In this document: in pieces, positions 49,756 to 60,544 of the stretch
Layout: each line of letters starts with the position of its first letter
Position numbering within the stretch: the stretch's first letter is position 1
Source of the DNA: Chiloscyllium plagiosum
Taxonomy: Eukaryota
Length of the DNA: 64,000 bases
Reading direction: 5' to 3'
NCBI RefSeq assembly: GCF_004010195.1
Contig: NC_057752.1
Span: forward strand, 12,226,253-12,290,252
Notes under the pieces: generated by a model
What the model saw: the letters and a program-made list of their open reading frames with translations, nothing else
Database searches by the model: none
Told to the model about the DNA's origin: nothing
Program-made: the position numbers and the translations under genes

Positions 49756-50210
49756 GGGCAGGTTAAGACATTTAAAGACAGACTAAGCCATACATCTATT
49801 TAGTACCCTAAATGGAACTGACTCTTCACGTAGATGGATTAAAATCTTAAAATCATGCAATGCGTTCATTTGACAATATCCCAAACTACCTGTTTAAAAC
49901 TCAAATCAACTACAGAAACAAACACATCCATATAAAAAACAAAAAGCTGAAGAATTGGCACAATTATGCTGTGAACAGAAAGTCACAAAGCTGATAGTGG
50001 AGAAGATTGTAAAGCAGCATTCTCACACCTAGTCTCCAAATCTTCTAGAAATCAGATGGTGGTGAATCGGAATCCTCTACCAGAGGCCTGTAGAAGCCCA
50101 GTTATTTGGTTAGTTCAACCTAGAGATCGGTTAGGTTTGTAGATAATGACATTAAAGGAATATAGGTGTAGTACAATGATCAAGAATGGCTAGCCCTGCT
50201 CTTATGGTAG

Positions 50211-50516
50211 TTTAGATTAGATTTAGATTAGATTACAGTGTGGAAACAGGCCCTTCGGCCCAACAAGTCCACACCGACCCGCCGAAGCGAAACCCACCCA
50301 TACCCCTACATTTACCCCTTACCTAACACTACAGGCAATTTAGTATGGCCAATTCACCTGACCCTGCACATCTTTGGATGGTGGGAGGAAACCGGAGCAC
50401 CCGGAGGAAACCCACGCAGACACGGGGAGAACGTGCAAACTCCACACAGTCAGTCGCCTGAGGCAGGAATTGAACCCGGGTCTCTGGCGCTGTGAGGCAG
50501 CAGTGCTAACCACTGT
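50211..50516 (-). mobile_element. HE1-type SINE, young
   Basis: Near-identical reverse complement of 7004-7322 with (TCTAA)n tail. Confidence 0.92.
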
Positions 50517-51282
50517 TTTCAATTTGACAGCCTGGTATCTACAAATTTTGGGAGGAGATTTCTTTAAATCCTTATGGCTTCCCAATATAACATGCTATCC
50601 AAACAGAGGATGTGGGCAGATGCCCTTTTCCACAACCTGCATTCATTGCTCTTAGACTGGCCTCAGACTAGCACATGTTCAGGAATAAAAGTACATTATC
50701 TAGTATTCAAGTGAAAAGGCAAGCCAACAATTTTTGATGCATTATTTCAACTGAAAAAGTGTTATTTGCATATTGGAAGAGATGGAGGAGAAAAAAATTA
50801 GAATTATACATTGCTAGTTAACAATGATTTTACTGGATTCGACAGATTAACATGAACATTTTAGTTCGCAAGTTGTTTTGCTCCCTCAAGTGTTTTACAA
50901 AACTGCTGCACATGGTAACACTTTGCTACACAACCCATCAGGGAACAAAGTGCTAAAAATGTATATTTAAGATCCAGAAAGAGGTTGAGTTCAGAGTTTG
51001 ATTCAAATAACCCTTTAGAACTTTAGCCAAAAGCTTCAAAAATTTTTAAACTGTTCCCTAAAACCAAATAAAAATTCCAGTATCTATTGGAAAACAATGC
51101 AGTAGAGTTTTGTTCCTCAAAAATGTTCTTTGTAAACAAATCCACTACTCCCCAGGAAGTCTTGTGTTTGAAGACTCACCATGACTATAGGACAAGCTTA
51201 AAGTGGTTAAACTCATTTTTGGATGTTTGAAATAGCATAAGAGTATTAAAATATCTAAATGTCACAGACCTTGTATCACACT

Positions 51283-51530
51283 AGATTAGATTACTTAGTG
51301 TGGAAACAGGCCCTTTGGCTCAACAAGTCCACACCGACCCATTCCCCTACATTTACCCCTTCACCTAACACGGTGGGCAATTGAGCATGGCCAATTCACC
51401 TAACCGGCACATCTTTGGACTGTGGGAGGAAACCCACACAGAACATGGGGAGAATGTGTAGACTCCACACAGACACTTGCCTGAGGCAGGAATTGAACCC
51501 AGGTCTCTGGTGTCGAGACAACAATGAGCT
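51283..51530 (-). mobile_element. HE1-type SINE
   Basis: Reverse-complement HE1 with internal deletions. Confidence 0.82.
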
Positions 51531-51954
51531 AGAATGGGAAGTATCACTTGGACAATGTGATTATGTCATTTAGTTAAAGATTAAACTTCACTACACCTAT
51601 CCTTTACATAAAATGAGTGCTTTCTACTGGAGGAGGATCTGGATGCTTTTTGTTGTCCAACTGTTAGAAACTTGAGGACACTTTTGCTAAAAGATTGGAT
51701 ATACCCAACTCCCACCCATGAGAGAACCTGCCAGATCAGCTGCTTAAAATCTTGCACACAGCAGGTTGTTTTGACCAAAGCAACCTGCAAATCAGTTCAA
51801 GTTTACAACCATGACAAAACTTGAAATTTGTTCACCTCCAAAATGGAGATACAACATTGTGATTCATGTAGAAAATTAAAGAGTCAGCACATAGCTGAAG
51901 TAATTAAGAAAGACAGAATGTTTGGGGGGGGGGGGGGTGCAGCAGCAGGAGGAA

Positions 51955-52400
51955 GAGAGTGTGCACTGTTTTGGTCTCCTTACTCTAGGAGAGAGACACT
52001 TTCATTAGAAGCAACTCAAAGTTCACTAAAGTGATTCCTAGGATGAAGAGGGTTCATGAGGAAAATGTAGAGTACGTAGGATTTTTACTCTAGTATAGAA
52101 GAGAAATGACATTTTATTGCAAGATTGAGGTGGTTTGATAGGGGAGGCTGAAAGGTTGATTCCCCTTGAGGAATTTAGAGCTATGGAGCTCAATTTAAAA
52201 GAGGAGTCACCTATTAAGAGGTTAACAGTAGTGATAGCAGCTTATTTTCTCAGAGAGTGGTGAACCTTTGGAACAGAGATTATAGTTATGGCAGCCAAGG
52301 CAGAGTTATTTAGGATTAAGTTAAAGGGGGAAAAAGGGTTCTGGTTAACAGGTAGGAAAAGAAGAAGGGGAAGGGAAGTGACAATCAAGTTGACAATAAC
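51955..52400 (+). mobile_element. Very decayed CR1 3' fragment
   Basis: CALFWSPYSRRETLSLE and FSQRVVNLWN relics. Confidence 0.55.
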
Positions 52401-52532
52401 CTGTGCAGAAGAAGATCAGAACAGAACACCACAGGAATAGGCCCTTCCACATGAAAGCAAGGATGCTCTACGTTGCAAAACTCAAAACCATTGAAACTTC
52501 CCCGTCCAAATGCAACAAGACCTGGGACAACA

Positions 52533-52725
52533 TTTAGATTAGATTCCTAGTGTGGGAACAGGCCCTTCAGCCCAACCAGTCCACACCGATCCTCTGAAGA
52601 GTAACCCACCCAGGCCCATTTCCCTCTGATTAATGTACCTAACATGGGTAATTTAGCATGGCCAATTCACCTGACCTGCACATCTTTGGACTGTGGGAGG
52701 AAACTGGAGCACGCCCACACAGACA
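52533..52725 (-). mobile_element. HE1-type SINE, 3' part
   Basis: Tail and core on the minus strand. Confidence 0.8.
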
Positions 52726-54091
52726 GGAGACTGGTGGTGATGTGAATGTTAGGTACCAACTGTCAGCCCAAGTGTTGGGAAATGATCTCCAAGAGAATCT
52801 AACCAACAATAAACGCAGTACCATTGCAAAATCCCCCACCATCAACATCCTGGGGACAATGACCAGAAACTGAAGTGAACCAGTGTTACACCTGTGCTAG
52901 AAAAAAACTCTGCTCTTCCTGCATTCACCATAAAAGTCATTCTTTAAAAAAGGCTGCAAAATTCAACAATTCACCTGTTGACTAAAAGCAGATTCCAATG
53001 CTCAACAGGAATTACCATTTATTCCAATTAGACCTAATTAAGCAATTAGACTAACATGCCTACTTTATATTAGATTAGAATTGTATTTACACATGAAAAA
53101 TACACAAGCTTTTTGGACTGAGACTGGGAATGCAGTTGTGGTCCCTGTTCATAAGGTTTGCAGAGGTGACTCATGCTGATTAGAATGCAGATTCAGTCTG
53201 ACTGTTCCAGATTTTTTTTCACTTATTTGCAGGAGGCACAGGATAATTGGTTCCTAAAAGAGTCTCTTGTTAATATTTGCAGTTTACAGCAGCTGAAGGA
53301 AACCTGTTTTTTATTCAGGCTTTTATTGCTGTGAACAGAGCTAAGCTTGTAGAGATGTCTTCACATAGAGTCCAAAAGGTGTTCAGCTACTTGGGAAATA
53401 ATTGCAGTTGAAAGACAAAGGCTTAGCATCAAAATCTAATCGCTAGTAAACAGACTGATCAGCTACTTGCTGCCAGCTGAATTTCCATTTGTATACAGCC
53501 TAGCTCATCTAACTTATTGCTGCTTGAACCAGTAGCAGTGTAAACAGTGTCAGGTTATTTGCTTTTAAGTGCAGCAATCCCCCTTAAGCTTTGGTTTTTA
53601 AAAGGCTGTTTTTGACACAATTCAGTCCACTAAACTACAGGAAAATGCTGGGTCTTTACAGTGGTCATCTGAACATTGTTGCTACAAGAGCAGGAGAGGG
53701 GTTGGGAATTCTGCAGCAAGCAGCTCATATCCTGGCTCCCCAAAAAGCTGATCTACAGATCAGACAGGATAGAGATAGAATACTCCCAACTACCCAGATT
53801 GTTACAACAGCACTAAGCTCAAACATGGTCCAGATCATAGCAACCTGCTTCAGTAGCATCACATCCCTTCCAACACCCACTAACTAGAATAATGAGTTCT
53901 AAACTACAGATGGCACTCCAAACCGGATCTTATGGCTAAATAGTTTTAAAAAAATTATACTCACTACTACCACCACCACCACATGTGGTATTTCAGACAA
54001 GTACTGTCTAGGAGCTTTGTGCTGCTAGTTTTACTGACCAGATCTTTTATAGCAAAATTAAATAAAACAAGCTTTTTCTACAACTAAAGAA

Positions 54092-54890
54092 AGGGCAATG
54101 CTCTAGTGGTATTATTGCTATGATATTAATCCAGAGACCCAGGTAGTGTCCTGGGCTTCAACCCCACTACAGCAGATGGAATTTTAATTCAGAATTGTGG
54201 AATTAGGGTCTAATGATCACAGAACCATTACCTGATTCTTGGGGTGGGAGAAAGGGGGGAACCCAATCATTTTCACCTGCAAGGTTTGTAGCTCAGGTTG
54301 AGGTTTAGGGTGTAGGTTTGCTCGCTGAGCTGTAGGTTTGATATCCAGACATTTCATTACCTGGCTAGGTAACATCAGTGGCGACCTCCAAGTGAAGCAG
54401 AGCTGTTGTCTCCTGCTTTCTATTTGTGTTTGTCCTGGATTCATACACAGATGAAAAACTACCAATTTCGACTGTGACAACACATCTATCCTGGGACAGG
54501 CTAAGCAAAGACATGCCAGAGAATTCCTAGAGGCCTGGCACCCCAACCACAACGCCATAAACAAACAGATCTAGATATCATCTATCAACCCCTCAAAAAC
54601 AAACAGGAAATGACATCACCACAAACCCCAGGAACCCCATCTGGGAGAAAGATAAATAGAAAGCAGGAGACAACAGCTTTGCTTCACTTGGAGGTCACCA
54701 CTGATGTTACCTAGCCAGGTAATGAAGTGTCTGGATATCAAACCTATAGCTCAGCAAGCAAACCCACACCCCATTTGCCCCTGTTCTGGCCTACACAACT
54801 CAGACCAGCAATGTGGTTGACTCTTAATCACCTTCTGATGAATTAAAGGAATGGACAATAAAAGCTACATATGACTCCGCATTCCATGCA
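54092..54890 (+). mobile_element. SacSINE1/DeuSINE-like SINE split by a Penelope insertion
   Basis: Head CTAGTGGTATTATTGC...TAATCCAGAGACCCAGG. Resumes TCTGGCCTACAC...AGCAATGTGGTTGACTCTTAA after 54775. Confidence 0.65.
54280..54770 (+). mobile_element. Truncated Penelope-like element with inverted pseudo-LTRs
   Basis: Inverted arms at 54309-54425 and 54654-54770 around FDCDNTSILGQAKQRHAREFLEAWHPNHNAINKQI (GIY-YIG C-terminus). Confidence 0.82.
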
Positions 54891-55229
54891 CAGTGAAAAT
54901 AAGTTATTCCAAAGTTAGCGTTTACAATCTATTCTTCTGCACTGTAACTGGATCTGTATTTGCCAGTTCAAAAGGATCAGTTGCTGCATCTATCCAGTTC
55001 AATTTATTCATGAATCAGAACAGTGTGGTCTTGTGGTGCAGCAATATTGAGAAGTTAAAAAACATTGTTTTGGACAAATCTCTGCCCAGGCAGTAAGTTA
55101 CACAATTTGGCCCACTTTAAAAAGATGCCTTTGCAGGAGCTGCAATGATTCCAATTTTTGTAAGCAACTCTTGCCAGCCAGTTTCCCAGCAATGCAGTTT
55201 CTTCATCCACTCCAGGTGAGTGGCTTAGT

Positions 55230-55365
55230 CAGATGTACAGTATGGAAACAGACCCTTTGGTCAAACTCGTCCATACCAACCAGATATCCTAACCTAATCA
55301 AGTCCCATTTGCCAGCACTTGGCCCGCATCCCTCTGAACCCTTCCTATTCATAGGCCACCCAGAT
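55230..55365 (-). mobile_element. CR1/HER1 3' tail fragment
   Basis: Homologous to 20015-20145. Confidence 0.75.
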
Positions 55366-56090
55366 GCAATTGTGCTTTTAACTAGTACCTGTGCTCAAAT
55401 CTGACCACTGGAGATTTGGAATTGTATTTGGTAGGTTTACATTCCAGGCTAGTCTGAATGTAAACCCACCATAACCAGCATTTTCCAACCTTCACCTCAC
55501 TCTACATATTCTGCCCTCTGTTCTCTAGTGTTCCCTCAACAGTCTGGTTTTCAAAACTTAAAACCACTCAAAGCCTGTAGACTGTAGCTAACTCTGTTCC
55601 ATCTCCAAGCACTCCAAAATCCTCTCTTTAGTTTCGGAAGATTTAAGAGAACATGTTTACAACAATGGTCAAGAATAGCTCTGCAGCAACATTACAGACT
55701 GAACTGCAAGAGTCCTGAAGGATGCAACTACAATGTTACCCACAACCAGGTCAAGAACACCAAAGAAAAACAGACTTCAAAATCAAGGCAAGTCTAAGTT
55801 ATACTGTCTGCCATGGCATTTAAAACACTCTGGGGACTTCAGTTTGAGTTCTAGAGAAGTCATAGTCCAAAGTGTTTACGCTTTCTCCCAGACCTGCTGA
55901 GTTTTTTGTCAGCAGGTTGTCTCCCCTGAATGCATCTAGTAGTATCACTAGGTCATCACCTCCCCATAGAATTGAAAAAAAAAGGGGTAGTTCTGCTAAA
56001 CCTATCACTTTAGAGATTAAAAAAAGTGCTAGGTTCACTTTGTGAAGAGACCTTCCTAACTTGTGTATTCGTAGCCCAATACCTTTGCTC

Positions 56091-56107
56091 CTATATCCCA
56101 CCTAGAC
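56091..56107 (-). CDS. Candidate stop-containing (terminal) exon start, (G)LGGI*
   Basis: Acceptor ctgtttttcatgtttttgaatgtgcag followed by GT CTA GGT GGG ATA TAG. Phase-compatible with the exon at 58858-58893. Followed by non-repetitive UTR-like sequence. Confidence 0.4.
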
Positions 56108-56204
56108 CTGCACATTCAAAAACATGAAAAACAGGAGTTTGTTTAACTACCAAAAAAAGTCATTTGTCTGTTGAATGCCATTGGTCAAATCTGCAAGTTT
56201 AAAC

Positions 56205-56420
56205 TGAGGAGTTTGCACATTCTCCATGTCTGTGTGGGTTTCCTCTGGGTGCTCCGGTTTCTTCCCACAATCCAAAAAATTGTGCAGGTTAGGCGAATTG
56301 GCCATGCAAAATTGCCTGTAGTGTTAGGTGAAGGGGTAAATGTAGGGGAATGGGTCTGGGTGGGTTGTGCTTCGGTGTGGACTTTGGGCCAAAGGGCCTG
56401 TTTCCACACTAATCCAAAAA
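56205..56420 (+). mobile_element. HE1-type SINE, 5'-truncated
   Basis: V-domain through GGGCCAAAGGGCCTGTTTCCACACT. Confidence 0.85.
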
Positions 56421-56801
56421 AAAAGTACCCACTGTAATCTGTTACACTAAAGTACTGCAATCAGCTAGATATGAAATTAATCAAAAACTTCTATATTTCT
56501 AGACCAAGTCCAAACCAATAGTGAATGGTTAAGTGGTCCCAGTACACTTCCTTCTGGTACAACACTTCCTACCTTCTGCTGGAGGAATAACCCTTAACTG
56601 CCACTATCTTGAAGCCAGCTCTTAATCCATTCTGTAACTCCACTGCAGATGCCAGATTTCTTGACATTCATCTATTTACAAGATACCTTGTCAAAAACCC
56701 TGAAAATCCATTAAAATTACAAATACTATGTTGCCATGGTCTAATAGTGTGCCATAGGGATCATGCTAGAACTACAGTTATTGTTTTTACCATTATATAA
56801 T

Positions 56802-57007
56802 TGTCAATGACTGCAGATGCTGGAAACTAGATTCTGGATCAGTGGTGCCGGAAGAGCACAGCAGTTCAGGCAGCATCCAAGGAGCAGTAAAAAAAAAACA
56901 TTTCAGGCAAAAGCCCTTCATCAGGAGGGCTTTTACCCGAAACATCGATTTTACTGCTCCTTGGATGCTGCCTGAACTGCTGTGCTCTTCTGGCACCACT
57001 GATCCAG
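56802..57007. mobile_element. Penelope-derived fold-back element with hammerhead core
   Basis: Long inverted arms. TSD ATTATATAAT at 56792 and 57008. Confidence 0.75.
56899..56925 (-). ncRNA. Minimal hammerhead ribozyme core
   Basis: CUGAUGA-A-GGGC-UUUU-GCCU-GAAA on the minus strand. Stem III region appears damaged. Confidence 0.55.
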
Positions 57008-57261
57008 ATTATATAATGACTGAGGCAGCAAGTGAAAGTACTATTAGCCAAGTTTACAGATGACAATGTGGGAAAGGCAAGAAGTGGGGATGACACTCTA
57101 CAGGAGGGATGAGAGAGTGAGTGGGCAAAACAATTTGACAGATGGAATAGAATGGTAAAATCAGGTTAGAGCACTGACCGGAAGAGAAGTGACCATTTTA
57201 AAAAGTGGGGAAAAGACTGCAGAAAACTAGTGTAATTAGAGAGTCCTTACCCATGAATCAC

Positions 57262-57448
57262 AAAAAGGGAGAGAGCAAGGACTGCAGATCACAGTAGAGA
57301 GTGTAGTGCTGGAAAAGCACAGGTCAGGCAGCATCCAAAAAGAGGGAAAAAAAAAGTTGTTGTTTCGGTCATAAGCCCTTCATCAGGAATGACTTCTTCT
57401 GCTCCTTGGATGCGGACTGACCTACTGTGCTTTTCCAGCACCACATGA
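57262..57448. mobile_element. Penelope-derived fold-back element with hammerhead core
   Basis: Inverted arms. Minus strand 57361-57390 reads ATTCCTGATGAAGGGCTTATGACCGAAACA. Confidence 0.7.
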
Positions 57449-57644
57449 CATGAAATCATGAACAGCTAGCATCCAAGATTCTTGGGGAATCTGTGTGGAG
57501 GCTGTTTCTACTTGTACACTCTCCTGCAAGAAAAGGGAATTATCTTTAGATCAAAAAGATCCTATTTTCTGGGTCTGTAGATCATGAAGGAGCAAAGATG
57601 GCCTTTGATGGAGTGATAGGCTCTTCCTGTTAGATGTGAATGTT

Positions 57645-58315
57645 AGATGTGGATGTGCAGAGGGATCTTTGACTCCATTAACATGGATCCCTGAAAGTTG
57701 CTACCCAGGTGGGTAGTGCTGCTAACTCATCGTATGCATTAAGTTTTATTGGTAGAGGGATAGAGTTCCAGAGCTGTAATGTCAAGCTGCAACTATACAA
57801 AACCCTAGTGCGGCCACACTTGGAATATTGTGTACAGTTCTGGTTGACCCATTACAGTTTGTGGGAGCATTGGAAAAGGTGCACAGGAGATTTACCAGGA
57901 TGTTACCTGGTCTGAAAGGAAGGTCTTATGAGGAATGGCTGAGAGACTTGGTCTGTTCACGTTGGAAAGGCAGCGACTAAGAGGGGATTTGATAGAGACA
58001 TACAAGACGATCAGAGGGTTAGATAGGGTAGAGAGTGAATGTCTTTCCTAGGATGATGTCAGCTTGTATGAGGTGGCATAGCTACAAATTGAAGGGTGAT
58101 AGATTTATGACAGATGCCAGTTCTTTACTAAGTGGTAAGGTTGTGGAATGCCCTGCCTGCCAATGTAGTAACTCTGCCACATTTAAAACAATCCTTGGAT
58201 AATCACTTGGATGTTGGGATAGTGTGTGTGGGGGGGGGATGGGTTTAGATTAGTTCACAGGTCAGCACAACATTGAGGGCTAAAGGGCCTGTTTCACTGT
58301 ATTGTTCTAGTGTTT
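57645..58315 (+). mobile_element. CR1-clade LINE 3' part
   Basis: LYKTLVRPHLEYCVQFW and tail GAGGGCTAAAGGGCCTGTTT. Confidence 0.8.
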
Positions 58316-58857
58316 TCTTTATTTTAATATTGAAATTTAACAGTTCAAGTTGACAGAATCAGTGGTATATGGATTTAGCAGCATAGGTTGAAGTGGGTTA
58401 ACAGCAAGTCATGTTCCAAACCACTAACTTCCACATTTCAGTGAAGTGTATGAGTGTGAGCAACCCCTTTGGGAGATGTGGGTTGTCAATTTGAATATGT
58501 TCATAGCTCAATTTCAGCCATATTGAAATGGCTTTTGCAACTGAACTGTAGGTCCACAGTTTCAGTGGCAAATTCCAGGAAACCTAAGTGAGAACACAGC
58601 AGCAATTGGAGGGGGCTGAAGGCAGGACAGGATTATATGCCAATAAGTAACAAAACAGTTGTAAGACAGACATTGTTCACAAGTCTTGTGCAGAGAGGTT
58701 TGACCTTAAAATTAAGGTCACAGATGTACACTTGAAGTGATAATCAAGTCAACATAGGTTTTTCTTTCAGATTGTAATGTTTAAGCCAGGAGGTTACATA
58801 ATTAGGTCTTAAATAGTTAACACTGAAGAGTGTTTACACACCAAGTTAGGATCTTAC

Positions 58858-58893
58858 CTGAAGAGGTGGTCAGAACATCAAAAGAACTTGTAC
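58858..58893 (-). CDS. Candidate 36-nt phase 1-1 coding exon, (G)TSSFDVLTTSS
   Basis: ttgcatgttggcaattag|GTACAAGTTCTTTTGATGTTCTGACCACCTCTTCAG|gtaagat. Strong donor, length divisible by 3, only one frame open. Gene not recognised. Confidence 0.5.
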
Positions 58894-59489
58894 CTAATTG
58901 CCAACATGCAATAAGCTAGGTTTTAGAACAGCAGTACAGCACAGGAACAGACCCTTCAGGTCATGTGCCAAACATGACAGCGAAACTAAAGTAACCCCTT
59001 CTGCCTGCCCTTTGTTCATACCCTATTTGTGCTTACCTAAAAGCCCCTCAAAACACCCATATCATCTCCATTACCATCCCTGGCAGCTCATTTCAGACAC
59101 CTACCACTTTTAAAAGGTGCCCCTCATCTTGAGCTCTGCTTCTCCCCCCCCCCCATGTGACCATGTAATCAGATGACATTTACTTTGGTTTGGATTTGAT
59201 GTTGCTAAGCAATTTAATTGTTTCAAAGCAGATGTTGGCTGGTATACAGGGTGTGCATGCTCCTGGATACCAGCCTATGATCTCTTACACAATTTAGATC
59301 TAGCAGTACTCTTGCCATCGAGTCTGCATACCAGCAGTGACTACATGCTGGTCCAGATATTGACGAAAATTGAACCATTTAATTGAGGCTTTGATTTGTT
59401 TTCGGGTCAGTACACAGCAAAGACAGTTCAGGATGTGTCCTCAGTGAGGATGTGGTAATTGCCTTCACGAAAACCAGAGGACAGCTTAA

Positions 59490-59762
59490 AAATACAGGGT
59501 AGACCATTTAGGACAGAAGAAACTTCTTCACCCAGAGTGGTGGTTGTGTGGAATGTGCTGCCCCAGAGGGCAGGAGGCCCAGTCTCTGGATTCATTTAAG
59601 AAAGAAAGAAAGAGTTGGATAGAGCTCTCAAGGATAGTGGATTCAAGGGTTAGAGATAAGGCAGGAACAGGATACTGATTAAGGATGATCAGCCATATGG
59701 AATGGTGGTGCAGGCTCAAAAGGGCAGAATGGCCTACTCCTGCACCTTTTGTCTATTGTGTT
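59490..59762 (+). mobile_element. CR1 3' end
   Basis: NFFTQSG/VWNVLP relics and tail GGGCAGAATGGCCTACTCCTGCACCT. Confidence 0.75.
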
Positions 59763-59764
59763 CA

Positions 59765-60415
59765 CAAGCTCAAGTCAGACTGGCAAGGGTGTCCACTTCC
59801 ATCAGAATACCCTACAACAAATCATTGGAAAAATGTGGCAAGTGGAACATGCCAGTTGCAGTGGTTCTCAAATTGCTGAGTAGAACCAATCGCATCTCAA
59901 TTCTAGGTGGCTTGGGAGTCAATATTCCTTAACTAAACCGGTCAACTCCTGAACAGTTAACTTTCCCAGAGGTACCACATATTAAAAAAGGTCCTAATAA
60001 CTGAAGCAGCTGCAGGTCCACATGCTATCAGGAGCATTACTCATTGCTTTTCATCTACTCCAATGTCATTTGGGAAAAACACATTCTACATATTGGGGTG
60101 GTGTCCAACAGCTAAAATTAAACTAGTCAAGCTTCCAAATAATGACATGATGCTAGAAATACTTAGCCCAAAAGATTACTGTTGAGCAAATTTCTTTGAA
60201 GTGTACGTTTCTCTTGCTGCCACTGAATAACTCACATCTGGTATCAAATCACCAAGTCACCTTTTAGTTATGAGGAGTCCTTGACCAGTCCTTGATCCAG
60301 GTCCTTCTACAAACAGCCTCTGGTTTTGTCAGCCAGTGCTCCTGGTTGGGGCTGTTAATCTGGTTCAATCAGGGAACTCTGGTCCAGCTGACTGATCTCA
60401 CTCCAAATCACTAAA
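59765..60415 (-). mobile_element. Mag-like Gypsy 5' LTR, PBS and gag fragment (same family as 11794-16471)
   Basis: LTR at about 60224-60415 (GAGTTCCCTGATTGAACCAGATTAACAGCCCCAA shared with 11809-11842). PBS-like TGGCAGCAAG follows. Gag is homologous to 12670-13200. Confidence 0.75.
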
Positions 60416-60544
60416 AAAAAGAGAGTGAGGGTTGTTGATCCTCTAAAATGCTTGTGATCTAACCTCAAACTGTCCAATTCTGTACCCCAGTCTTGGAGAG
60501 AAAACATTCCTTTGCATTTCAGTTTTAAGTGTCCATTTATTCAG

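Noticed and set aside
19027..51184. Joining the 5-, 6- and 25-nt candidates into one frame-restoring exon chain
   Set aside because: The lengths sum to a multiple of three, but the peptide is unrecognisable and such splice motifs occur by chance. Unsupported without RNA data.
55820..56101. 93-aa minus-strand ORF
   Set aside because: Non-ATG start, no recognisable motif, and a different frame from the splice-supported reading. Probably UTR or intron.
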